NCBI RefSeq assembly: GCF_040938485.1
Contig: NW_027271368.1
Span: forward strand, 1,240,001-1,304,000
Direction: 5' to 3'
Length of the DNA: 64,000 nucleotides
From: Diadema antillarum
Taxonomy: Eukaryota
Part shown: piece by piece, positions 1 to 11,464 of the stretch
How the letters are laid out: the number at the start of each line of letters is the position of its first letter
Numbering within the stretch: position 1 is the first letter of the stretch
The notes under the pieces: generated by a model
Seen by the model: the letters and a program-made list of their open reading frames with translations, nothing else
Databases searched by the model: none
What the model was told of the DNA's origin: nothing
Program-made: the position numbers and the translations under genes

Positions 1-392
1 CCCCCAATAAGCCCTCCACACGTTTCACACACGTGTAGTAATCACGCGTACTAGTACACGTATTCAATTAAAGATCAGGGAGGTTTAATCACTTTCCTGA
101 TTTGATCGAGGGCGCGTACCCTCGATTAATGTGTAGCCAAGTGATCAGCGCATTCCATTCATTCCACAATCTTGACGGTTTGTTTTTTTTGAAAAAAAAA
201 TGTTTTAATTAGACCTGTATTGTCTACTTCACGCATCTCACTTCCATCTTATTTTATTGATGTCAATTAAATGTTATGTTATTATATTAAACAGTCATCA
301 AGTTACGATGTACTTTGAAATTAAAACACCTGCAAGTTCTCTGAGCAATGAACGCGATTAGTTTGTCTCGGAGATTCCATTCTGAGGCTTTG

Positions 393-980
393 TAAAGGGC
401 TTTTTACACTTGTGTTTCTTAACCCCGGACTTTCTCTGACCCAGGACTATCGTTAGTCCCGTACCAATTTTTTCAGCTTTTTACACTCGCCAATTAGTCC
501 CGTACTATCTCTTGTCCGGGGCTAAGGAGAAAACTGACCTTTTTACACTCGTATTTCTTAGCCCCGGACTTTCCAAACCACATGAATATTCATAATTACG
601 CTGTGTACTGTACACGTACACGCACGCACCGGCAGCACTCGATTACCTCGTTTCTGATTGGTCAGTGAGGGTCGGACTTCGTCTCCGTCGCTTAGCCCAG
701 GATTATTTTTTCGTTCTGTTTACACTCACTTGCTTGGCACCGCAATTGCGGCGCACCGCAATTGCGGTGCTAGCACCGCAATTGCGGTGCTAACCCCTGC
801 TATTTTGCAGGGCCAGATAGTACCGTACTATCGGTGGGGCTAGCCCACTTTGGCAAAAACGAGTGTAAACAGAAAGTGGGCTAAGGATAGTCCCGTACCA
901 ACGGTGGGGCTAAGGCCCCCCCTTAGCCCCACCGTTGGTCCGGGGCTAAGCAAAATTTTACAGGTGTAAAAAGCCCTTTA
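393..980. mobile_element. Non-autonomous TIR DNA transposon (MITE)
   Basis: TAAAGGGCTTTTTACAC (393-409) is the exact reverse complement of GTGTAAAAAGCCCTTTA (964-980); the outer TA may be the TSD. Internal repeated motifs (TTAGCCCCGGAC/GTCCGGGGCTAAG, GTCCCGTACC). No coding capacity. Superfamily not assigned. Confidence 0.7.
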
Positions 981-2048
981 ATGTCGAAAGTTCATGGGGC
1001 GCGCATTCAACAACAGTTCATTCGCATAGTGTTGAAGTTGGAGAAAGGCAGCTTGTGTGAACCAGGCTGGTGTGTGATATTTCATAAATGCGCGGGACTT
1101 GGACGTTGTAACATTTTTGTTTTGTTTGTTTTTGTTGTGTGTTTTTACCTGTATCACTATTAGTATTTTGTATGATCGTGCTTGATTTCTTTCCTCTTTT
1201 TTTTTTTTTTTTTTTTTTTGGTAACATACTACAGTGTATTCAAATATACTTTGCCTTGAGAGTTTCTCGTTAAAACTATGGGCAGGGGTGACTCCAAAAG
1301 AATTATTTTACTATTCACTGAAGGGCGCAGCCCCAAAGTGATCCAGTTCTTTTGGAGGCACCGAGGCCTATAATAGTTTGAACAAGAAACTCGAAATTAG
1401 GCAAAGTATCTTTGTTTTATGTTTTGGATCAAAACTTCAAACAAAAGAAAGGGAAATGGGGGAAATACAAAACGAGAGATGGTGGATGCGATCTTGTGAA
1501 GGGATCCGACGTTGACTACTAGCATGCAGCAGCGCCCAATGTCAGAACTGAGTTGTGATGTTTGTACTACACTTTTGACAAGCGCAACGCGTGGTGCGAA
1601 GCAATGCGCAATGTCGGAATTGTTTTTATGACGCCACAATCGTTTTATTAGAAATTGATACATTTCACAGAGTGACGGCACGAGCTCTAGCTGCAGCAAT
1701 GCGCAATGTCAAAATTGATTTGTGATGTCACAATTGTCTGTTAAAAATGTTACATTACACAGAGTGACGGATGCAAAGCTGCGCACAATTTCAGAATTGC
1801 TTTGGGACACCATTTTGCAAACAATTTAAGAATATTGCTTTGTGACACCATTTTGCAAATAGTACTTCATGGAGTGTCAACTTTCTGACATAGCTGAAAA
1901 TAAATGATAATAATCACGTGAACTCTTTCAACCAATCACCAGAGGATACACGTTAATGTAATGGGCCCTAGAGCCCTATCTGAAAGAATATTTGCGGTGT
2001 AGACCTACCTTAAAAAAAATAACAATAAATTAGAGACCATAGAGACAA

Positions 2049-4350
2049 TCTGCCACTTTAATAGATAATATTTTTTGTAATGTAAACCCTTTTCCTGATT
2101 CTGCTATTATACTTACGGATATATCTGATCATTATGCTATTTATATGTGTTCATCTTTACAGTTAAAGACGAAAATACCTCAGAATTATGAAAGAAGGCG
2201 TAAGTTTACACCTCAGAATATAGCCCAGTTTCAGGAATCTTTGATGGAAATTGACTGGTCTGACTTATATGTGGTGCAAGATACGAATGTAGCTTATGAA
2301 ATTTTTATAAATAAGATTGTTATTTTGTTAGATACACATATTCCATTAGTTAAAAAGAAGTTGGGTAGTTATAAACGTGATCCAAGATTGCCATGGGTGT
2401 CAAAGTCATTATTACGTTCAATTAATCGTAAAAATAATTTGTATTATGTAAGTAAGGCTAAAAAAACACAGCAATCTCGTGATAAGTATACTGCATATAA
2501 AAATACTCTCACTATGGTATTGCGTAAAGAAAAAAGGAATTATTATATGAGAAAATTAGATTTGTTTAAAAATGATATGCGCAATACTTGGAAATTGATA
2601 AATGAAACATTGAATAAGCATAAGGAAAGAAATGTTATTTCTAAAATTAAGAATGATGGATTTGAAATAAAAGATTTACGTATGATAGCAGAAATATTTA
2701 ATTCACATTTTTCAACTGTTGGCCAGAATCTTTGTGCAAATATTCCGTTGTCTACTAAAGAATTTTATGATTATCTGGATGTAGGTAATCAAAATTCAAT
2801 CTTTTTTTCCCCTGTAACAGTATATGAGATTTTAGATATTGTTCATAATTTACCTTCTAAAAGAAGTTCTGGTTATGATGATATTGATAATATACTGTTA
2901 AAAAATATAATACCTTATATTGTTGATCCTTTGTTTCACATTTTTAATCTATCAATATCACAAGGGCAGGTACCAGATGTTATGAAAATATCAAAAATAG
3001 TTCCAATTTTTAAAAAGGGTAATAGGGAAGAATTGAATAATTACAGACCTATTTCTCTTTTGCCTAATATATCTAAAATATTAGAAAAGATAATATATTC
3101 TCGAGTTATAGATTTTTTTAATAGAAATGACATTTTGTCAAAATATCAATTTGGATTTCGCAAGAAACATAGCACAGCACATGCAATATTATCTTTCACT
3201 GAAAAAGTATCTCGAGCAATTGATAAGTTTCAACATACTGCAGGAATCTTCCTGGACCTCTCCAAGGCCTTCGACACGATTAACCACGACATTCTTCTTT
3301 ATAAACTTAATCATTATGGTATACGTGGGAAGGCCTTGGAGTGGTTCAGAAGTTATTTGAAAGACAGAAAACAATTTGTTTGTATAAACAATGAAAAATC
3401 TTCTTTGCGCTCAGTTGATTGTGGAGTTCCACAAGGAAGTATACTAGGGCCGTTACTTTTTATTATCTACATCAATGATTTTCCCAAATCTTCAAATGTT
3501 CTTTCTTTTATATTATTTGCAGATGATTCTAATCTTTTCTTTTCTCATTCAAATCCTCATACATTAGTTGATGTCATGAATATAGAATTGAACAAGATAA
3601 TGCAATGGCTAAGAACAAATAGATTATCGCTTAATTTGCAGAAAACAAATGTGATGTTGTTTAGTAATACCCTTGATAAATTGCCACATGATATAATTTT
3701 TGAAAATGAAGTGATAAAACAGGTTTATTCTGTTAGATTTCTTGGTGTAACTGTAGATAGTAAGCTTTCTTGGAAACAGCATATAGATTGTATATGCCGC
3801 ACTATTTCCAGTAACATAGGTGTAATTAATAAAGTAAAGTTTTGTTTTTCTGTTAAAAAGTTGCTAATGTTATATTCAACGTTAATTTTACCTTATTTAA
3901 CGTATGGAATTATAGTATGGGGAAATACACATTCAACTTACTTGGATAAATTATTATTGTTACAAAAAAAAAGCACTTCGAGTAATATGTAATACCTCCA
4001 AATATTCTCATACTGACGGATTATTTGTGGAGAATAAGGTTTTAAAAGTAAGGGATTTGTATTATTATTACCTTGGTCAATTTATGTACAGTTTGTATAA
4101 TAAGTCACTTCCTTCAGTTTTTGAGAATATGTTTAATAAGAATAAAAATATTCATAAATACCCCACTCGTCAAACAGATGAATATCATTTGCCCCTTACC
4201 CGAACTCTATTTACAAAATCCACGTTTATCTACAGTGGCCCAAAATTTTGGAATTCCCTTGAGAAAAATATAAAAGATTCCATTAGTTTGAAATCATTCT
4301 CTAGTAATTTAAAGAAATATTTGATTAGCTCATATGTACCCCATGATTAG
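2049..4350 (+). pseudogene. LINE ORF2 (APE fragment + reverse transcriptase), one frameshift
   Basis: ORF 2145-3992 has the RT motifs YRPISLL, QFGFR, FLDLSKAFD, GVPQGSILGP and FADD. An A9 run (3964-3972) shifts the frame; removing one A gives LQKKALRVICNTSKYSH..., continuous with ORF 4027-4350 (HKYPTR, YSGPKFWN). Confidence 0.85.
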
Positions 4351-4469
4351 TTTGACTGTTTGGAATTGTTGTTCTTTTTCTTCACCCTGTATCGAGAATG
4401 TTGACCTGCCCTTCGCTCTCTCTACTCCCCCTCTCCCCCTCCCGCCCTCTCTTTCCCTACTCTCTTCTG

Positions 4470-4566
4470 TGTGTGCACAATGTATGTGGATGCATACATG
4501 TGTGTGTACGTGCGTGTGTGTGCATATGTGTATGTGGGTACGTCTGTGTGCTTGTGTGTATGTGTA

Positions 4567-4605
<39 letters not shown>

Positions 4606-4650
4606 CTATGTCTATGTCTATGTCTATGTGTATGTGTATACATGTGAAAG
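4470..4650 (+). repeat. Compound (TG)n/(TGTA)n/(TGTCTA)n microsatellite in LINE 3' UTR
   Basis: Directly visible; it generates the spurious VYVY/HTHT ORFs in the track. Confidence 0.9.
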
Positions 4651-5123
4651 CGTATACACTGTACTTCATGTAACCATCCGATTTGATTGAATGAAAACTG
4701 TATACTTTCAATGATTAGCTTGTACGGTACATGTATCGTTGTATTGTGTTATAAAGTCATATATAATTAATGTATTGTAGTAATGTAACGTAAGTGAGGG
4801 GACTGCAATCTACAAGTTCGCTTTTTAGCAGCCCCTCAATTTCCATTTCCATGAAGTTCTTTTAAGAACCAATATGTATTATTATGTTCCAATATATGTA
4901 ATCATGTCAAAGTGTATTACCTGTGTTTGATTGGAAATGAAAATAAAAAAACATGCATGTGAACATGCATGTGTGAAATGAAATGAAATAGAGACCATGA
5001 AGGTCACTGAAATATCACTTTAGGAATCATGTATGAATTAAGGACCCCAGAAATTACTGAAAGTTCATTAAAACATAATTATCATTGAGACTTGAGAGAT
5101 CTGGTATTTTTTACGGTCTTTTG

Positions 5124-5532
5124 TGTGGCAGCAGTCCCCAGGTTGCTGCCATGGCAACAGTTACTCTTCCTGGCGGTATTGTTAGATGCGCGTATTGCCC
5201 TAGAATACGCTAGGCGGTATGCTTTGATTATTGTATGCGCGCAGGCGCTTCCCTTTGATCTTGTAATGGTAACCAAATAGTAGAATGATTTTATACGCTC
5301 AGATCAGTTTCACGTCTGTATAGCTACTACAGAAAACATCGAAGGTACATTCAGCAACGAAATCTTTAAAGGAAAAGGAATAAAAGTCAACGAACCATAA
5401 ACAAGCTGCTTATATTATGTGATATAATGTTCACCAAAGAGTTTCACGGGTACGACCGTTGAGAATAAATATCTGACCGTTTCCAACTACGTCCCGTTTG
5501 TCAACTGGTAATTTATCGCATGGGCAGCTACA
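5124..5532 (+). repeat. 5' LTR of BEL element
   Basis: TGTGGCAGC...GCAGCTACA. Matches 20461-20869 except one T/C site by eye. TATA-like TATATTAT at 5411; AATAAA at 5379 and 5464. Confidence 0.97.
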
Positions 5533-5545
5533 GTGAAACTCTTTG
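5533..5545 (+). promoter_or_regulatory. Primer-binding site, non-tRNA type (complementary to LTR 5435-5447)
   Basis: GTGAAACTCTTTG directly abuts the LTR end and lacks the TGG that pairs with tRNA CCA. Its reverse complement CAAAGAGTTTCAC is present at 5435-5447 and 20772-20784. Confidence 0.75.
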
Positions 5546-6358
5546 AACATCGTTCCTGTTCAACGACAAGTCGATGATCGTCATACCAATCTGATGAGCC
5601 ATTCGATGTCAACCAGCGCATTCGTCCCATCGGCGTTCACCACATCGTAAAGTCGGGTGCAACGCAGGGAATTAGGCAACTGATTGACGGCTTGAATTCG
5701 TGGTAAAGGTCTTCGAACAAGTGTCATCGGAACTGAACTTGAACTTTGAACTTCGATACATGAATGCTGATACTTCCAGTGCTGATATAGACTATAAGAC
5801 AGCTCAGCCCATCATCGATTCCTCATCCGTGACTTCTGTAACAGTCTCCTGGTTGTGGATACATCGTGATCGTGTGGTATTGATATTGTAATCTCGTACA
5901 AGCTGTATTAGATATTAAAGTACAGTTTATTTCGCTCTGTAGGAAGAGAACTAGAGCAAGAAAGGAGTGCGTGACATAAATCATATGTAACTAGACTATA
6001 TAGCTTTGTAAGAACAGTGAATGTGATTGAGCTATATAATTTGAACTAGATATAGAGCTATATATATAGACTTACTCGAATTCAGAAGTAAATATCGCGT
6101 ATTAACTATATCCTTAGTGTTATACACGTGATATACTATCTGGACAGAATGTGATGTGTATTTACTCTTCGTAAAGAAAAATTGTATTCGCTATAGTACA
6201 ATATTTCAAATCTGTGTTACGAAAGAAAACATTTTCTTTCTCTTTGCCTAGAAATGAAGCGAAGGAAGTGAAAATTAGACACTGTTGACATGGTTGATGT
6301 ATAATAACGATCTCATAGAACTGTTGACGTTAATGCAAAGAGTGTGTTATCTGTCAAT

Positions 6359-9300
6359 ATGGAAGAGTATCAAAGTAATACTACCGATGGTCTTGAAGAT
6401 AACGTAAATACAAGCACTAAGAAAGAAACAATCGATAGCATGTCTGCCAAAAATGTGCGGCGTTCTACCCGTACAAAGAAACTTACAGAAAAGGCTAGAC
6501 AGAACAAAGTAGAAGAGTTAGAAGAACAATTCTATTCAGAACATTTTGACATTCTAACAGTCTTGAAGGACTCTGAGAAAATGCTGTCCTCAGTTTCCGT
6601 AAACTGCGATGACCTGTCAGAAAGAAAATCTGACATCTCTGCTAGATTCGGTTCACTGCAACAAGTAGCAGATGAGCTAGAAGAAGTTCTAGGGGAAAGG
6701 GATGAAGAGATAGCTAAGAATTTAGACAAGCTCTCCCCAATTGTTGTTGATATGATTTCGAAAATCGTAACCACTGTTTCTAAGAAGCAATTCGATACTA
6801 AGGAACCATCTATCACAAGGAAGTCGACTGGTTCCAAGATCTCGAAAGCATCTACAATCTCGTCGAAGAGGTTGGTTGTTGCAGCTGAGACTGCAGCTCT
6901 GCAAGAGAAACTTGCTGCACAAAAGCGTCAGAACGAACGTCGGAAGGAGTTAGAGCGTCTTGAGTTGGAAGAAGATGCTCGTAGGAAGGAAGCTTCTTTT
7001 AAGATGGCGCAATTACGCAGAGAACTCGAGGAAGAACGTCTAGAAGGTCAACTGAAGGCACAAGAGGCAATGATGAGAGTGTATGAAGAGGACGATACTG
7101 CATCCTCCATCACAGTGAGATCATCTAAGCAGCTGGTTGGATCATCTCAGAAGGAAAAAAGTGCAACAATCGTGAAAGAAATGTCACGGGAGAAAAGCAT
7201 TCCTAGAGCTGATGATCATCCACTCCCTTCAAACCAGAAGTCGTCGAAGACAGAGGCCCTAAATCCTGAGTCACCAGTCTTCTATCCAGCTTCCTATCGC
7301 TCAGATGCCAAGGAAAGTGATGCTCTTACCGAGGCGCTTGCTCGAGCAATGACGCTTACCAGACTGCCTATTCCTGAGCCTCCTGTATTCATGGGTGATC
7401 CTCTACAGTACCCTGACTGGCTGTCAGCCTTCACAACTTTAATCGAGTGTCGAGGAATCCCAGCTGGTGAAAGAATTCACTACCTCAGAAGATACCTTGG
7501 AGGATCTGCTAGAGATGCTGTCAGTGGCTTCTTCTTGCTGAGGTCAGAGAATGCCTTCGATCAGGCCAAGGCGGTGCTTGAGAAACGCTTTGGTAACCCC
7601 TTCACAATTTCAGAAGCCTTTCGATCTAAACTTGATGCATGGCCAAGAATCGCCAATAAGGACCACAACGGTCTCCAAAATCTCTCAGACTTCCTGCGAC
7701 AATGTCTGGTGGCCTCTTCAGAAATCAAAGACTTGCAGATCTTGAATGACATGCGAGAGATTGGCAAGATTTGCACGAAACTTCCTGACTACATCGTACA
7801 CAGGTGGAATCGCACAGTAGCGACGCTCAAGAAGAGTAGTGGACGATATCCATCCTTTGAAGAATTTGTCTTGTTTCTGACAGAGGAAGCTGACATCGCA
7901 AACGATCCTTACGTGACGTATGAGACTGCAAAGACTGGAAAAGACCGGAACCAACACGTCAGTCAGACACAGGAAGTAAACAAGAAGTCTGCAATTCGGC
8001 AACAAAGGATGACTTATTCGACAGCTAGCAAACCAAATGTGGCCAAGAAAAGCTGCATCTTCTGCGAACGACAGAACCATGGCTTAGAAGAATGCCGGGA
8101 ATTCAGTAGAAAACCAGTGGAGCAGAAAAGAGAGTTTGTGAAGAAGGAAGGACTGTGCTATGGGTGTCTTAGCAAAGGTCATATGTCGAAGCAATGTCCA
8201 AAGAGGAGTGAATGTAAAATATGCAGTAAGCGTCATCCAACCTGTATGCACTACGACACATTCAAACAGTCAACTGCAGAAGGAAAACGAGAAAACAAGG
8301 AAGAACAAGAAACGCAGTCTACCAAGGCCAAGGAGACTCCCAAAGAAAAAGAAGCAAATTGCCACAAAGCCATATCAGGTACAGACGCTTCTCTCACATC
8401 AATGGTTCTGCCGGTATACCTGTCAAGTCTGGACAGTCCCGAGAAAGAGATACTGGTCTACGCTCTGTTAGACACAATGTCAGACACAACCTTCATTGCA
8501 GATAGTGTTGGAGAAGAACTGCAGGTACCATCACATGCTGCTACATTGAGGTTGACAACTATGACAGACAACTGTACGAATATTCCATGTAGGAGATATG
8601 AGAACCTTGTAGTTCGTGGTTTCAAGTCGGCCGAAAAGATACCACTTCCTGCTGCATACTCCAGGAACTCAATTCCACTTGATGAAGCTCACATCCCTAC
8701 ACCAGAGACAGCAATCCAGTGGCCTCACCTAAACTGTCTCGCAGACCAACTCGCACCAAAGCAAGACTGCCCTGTAGGTCTGCTCATTGGATACAATTGT
8801 GCTCGAGCTCTCGCCCCAAAGAACTGTATCTCTGGAAACAATGATGAGCCCTTCGCAGTAGAAACAGAATTAGGATGGAGCATTGTTGGTGGCTCTCAGA
8901 CGTACTCTACAGACAACTTTGATGCATTCGGGCAATCATATCGTACTGTCAGCATGAAGGTAGAAGCTCCTATTTTGACTGACAGTCAATCAGACGTGAA
9001 GTATGTCTACAAGACACAGCTAAAAGATGTCACGACTGCAGACTTCCTTCAGATGATGGAAAAGGACTTTCATGAAGTCGAAGGAACAGATGTAATGTCT
9101 CAGGATGACAAGAAATTTCTGCAGATCGTCAGAGATGGAATCAACCAAAGGGATGATGGATACTATGAAATGCCCCTCCCCTTCAAGAATGGTGAACCCA
9201 CTCTACCGAACAATCGACAAGCTGCCATAAGTCGACTCAAAGGATTGAAGAGTCAGTTCCAGAAACGACCTCAGTACAAAGAACACTACATGACATTCAT

Positions 9301-10946
9301 GAACGAAATTCTTCAGCGAGGTGATGCAGAAAAGGTTCCTGCGGAAGAATTGTCAGTTGAGAACAAGTGGTACATACCACATCATGGGGTATATCACCCA
9401 AAGAAGCCGAACAAAGTGAGAGTCGTTTTCGACTGCAGTGCTCGTTACCAAGGAACCAGTCTAAACGATCATCTCCTACAGGGCCCCGACCTCATCAACC
9501 CTCTGATTGGAGTCCTGTGTAGATTTCGCCAAGGACCCATTGCTTTCACGTGCGATGTGGAAAAGATGTACCATCAGTTCCGCGTCATGAGACAGCATCA
9601 GAACTACCTTCGTTTCTTGTGGTGGGAAGATGGAGATCTTTCCAAGACTCCAGTGGACTATCGAATGAAGGTCCATCTCTTCGGCGCCACTTCCTCCCCA
9701 GGATGTGCCAACTTTGGACTAAAGCAAATCGCGAAGGACCATAAGGAGCTCAGCATGGAAGCTGCTGACTTTCTTACAAGAAACTTCTACGTCGATGACG
9801 GTCTAAAGTGTGAATCTTCTGAAGCAGAAGCCATTGACCTCATTCAGAAGACAGTGAGCATGTGTGCCAAAGGTAACTTGCGTTTGCACAAGTTCGTTAG
9901 CAACAGTCCAGAAGTCACAAGCAGTATCCCTGAGTCTGAACGTGCTGCTGTTGCCAAGACTAGTCTTGAACTCGGCCAGCAAGACGCTACGCCCATTGAA
10001 CGAGCACTCGGCCTACACTGGTGCATCGACTCTGATGAGTTCTGTTTCAGACTTACCCTCAAAGACCGTCCCTTGACAAGACGTGGGATTCTTGCAACAG
10101 TTGCCTCCGTCTACGATCCACTCGGTCTGATTGCACCCTTGGTTCTAGTTGGGAGACAGATTCTCCAGGAGATGTGTAGAAGCAAGATGGACTGGGATCA
10201 TCCTGTTCCTGACGAGCTCCGTCCACGATGGGAAAAGTGGAGACAGGAGATGTTGAAACTCGACAAAGTTAAAATCCCCCGTTGCTTCCAACCACAAGAC
10301 TTTGGAACTCCCAAGGAAGTTGAGCTGCACCACTTCTCAGATGCATCATTGACAGGATATGGTCAGTGTTCCTACGTGCGTCTAAAGAATGAAAGCGGTC
10401 GCGTCCATTGCTCCTTGGTTATGGCAAAGGCACGAGTATGTCCTCTAAAGCCAACAACGATCCCAAGACTAGAACTCCAAGCAGCTACTTGTTCAGTGAA
10501 AATTGCCAATATCCTGGACAATGAACTCGATTATAGTTCTGCCACACACCACTTCTGGACCGACTCACAAGTTGTTCTTGGCTACATACACAATGAGACA
10601 AAGCGCTTCCACATGTACGTTGCCAATCGCGTCGAACGCATCCGTCAGACCTCGCGTCCAGAACAATGGAACTATGTAGCCAGTGCAGAAAATCCTGCAG
10701 ATCATGCATCTAGAGGATTGACGACAGAAGAAATGCTGGCATCAAACTGGCTCACAGGACCCAAGTTTCTTTGGGAGAATGAGATTCCTCCTCAAGACGT
10801 TACTGCAGAAGTCTCTCCAGATGATGTTGAAGTGAAATCTGCCACTGTTCACGCAACACAAGCAAAGACTTTTACGTCCTTCGAAGAAAGGCTGACGCGG
10901 TTCTCCAGCCTTGAAAATGCACTGAAAGCAGTAGCAGTCATAGTAA
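6359..10946 (+). CDS. BEL gag-pol polyprotein, N-terminal part (Gag, protease, RT, RNase H)
   Basis: ORF 6344-10987, first ATG at 6359. Cys/His knuckles (CIFCERQNH, CYGCLSKGHMSKQC, CKICSKRHPTCMH), protease YALLDTMSDTTFI, RT WYIPHHGV/VRVVFDCSA/FYVDD, and RNase H HHFSDAS, IPRLEL, WTDSQVVL, NPADHASRG. The last residues (TQVEIPIETSRNQ) are read-through into the inserted TIR. Confidence 0.95.
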
Positions 10947-11464
10947 CCCAGGTCGAAATTCCCATAGAAACCAGTAGAAACCAGTAGAGACCTTCTACTG
11001 GTTTCTAATGGTTTCCGGATTTGAGTGGTTTCTATGGGAATTTCCAGAGGGTTCCAGTAGGACTCCCATAGAGACCATTAGATTCAACTGGTCAAAAGAC
11101 CAGAACAAACCAATAAAAACCAGTAGAGTCTACTGGTTTTCAAATGGAGTGTTAAATTCAAAGTTAGACCAGTAGAATCCAGAAGAAATCAGTACTGTTT
11201 AATGGTTTCAAGTGGAGAGGGAAACCTGTAGAGAACAGTACAAACCAGAAGAGTCGACTGGTTTCAAAACTGGGTTGAAAAAAGACAAGTCAGACCAGTA
11301 GAAACCAATACAAACCAGCATTTTTTTTTATGCATGTTAAGACATTACTTGTTAACCAGTAAAAACCAACAGGTACCCGTGCAGCCTACTGGTTTGAAGA
11401 TGGCTTTAAAAGAAGGGAAAACCAGTATGAACCAGTACAGACCAGTCACTTTTCTGCATGTATA

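Larger units (their letters stand above)
2047..4987 (+). mobile_element. 5'-truncated non-LTR retrotransposon, CR1 group (Crack/Daphne/L2-like)
   Basis: Begins in the C-terminus of an APE endonuclease (in-frame upstream of ORF 2145: SATLIDNIF...DISDHY), followed by the RT. The 3' UTR has a microsatellite, a stem-loop (4796-4837), AATAAA (~4942) and a (GAAAT)n tail. ATAGAGAC at 2039-2046 and 4988-4995 is a plausible TSD. Confidence 0.85.

Noticed and set aside
4334-4711. VYVY/HTHT/CMCM ORFs
   Set aside because: Microsatellite translations.
5533-5550. Canonical tRNA primer-binding site
   Set aside because: Does not start with TGG and matches the LTR itself. A tRNA-fragment primer cannot be fully excluded without a search.
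6532-10709. Antisense and alternate-frame ORFs over gag-pol and over the large RLR exon
   Set aside because: Shadows of long coding sequence, with no recognisable motifs.
10944-10946. 3-bp TAA target duplication (Harbinger-type) for the nested element
   Set aside because: The right flank is AAA, not TAA; only a 2-bp AA duplication restores the pol frame.
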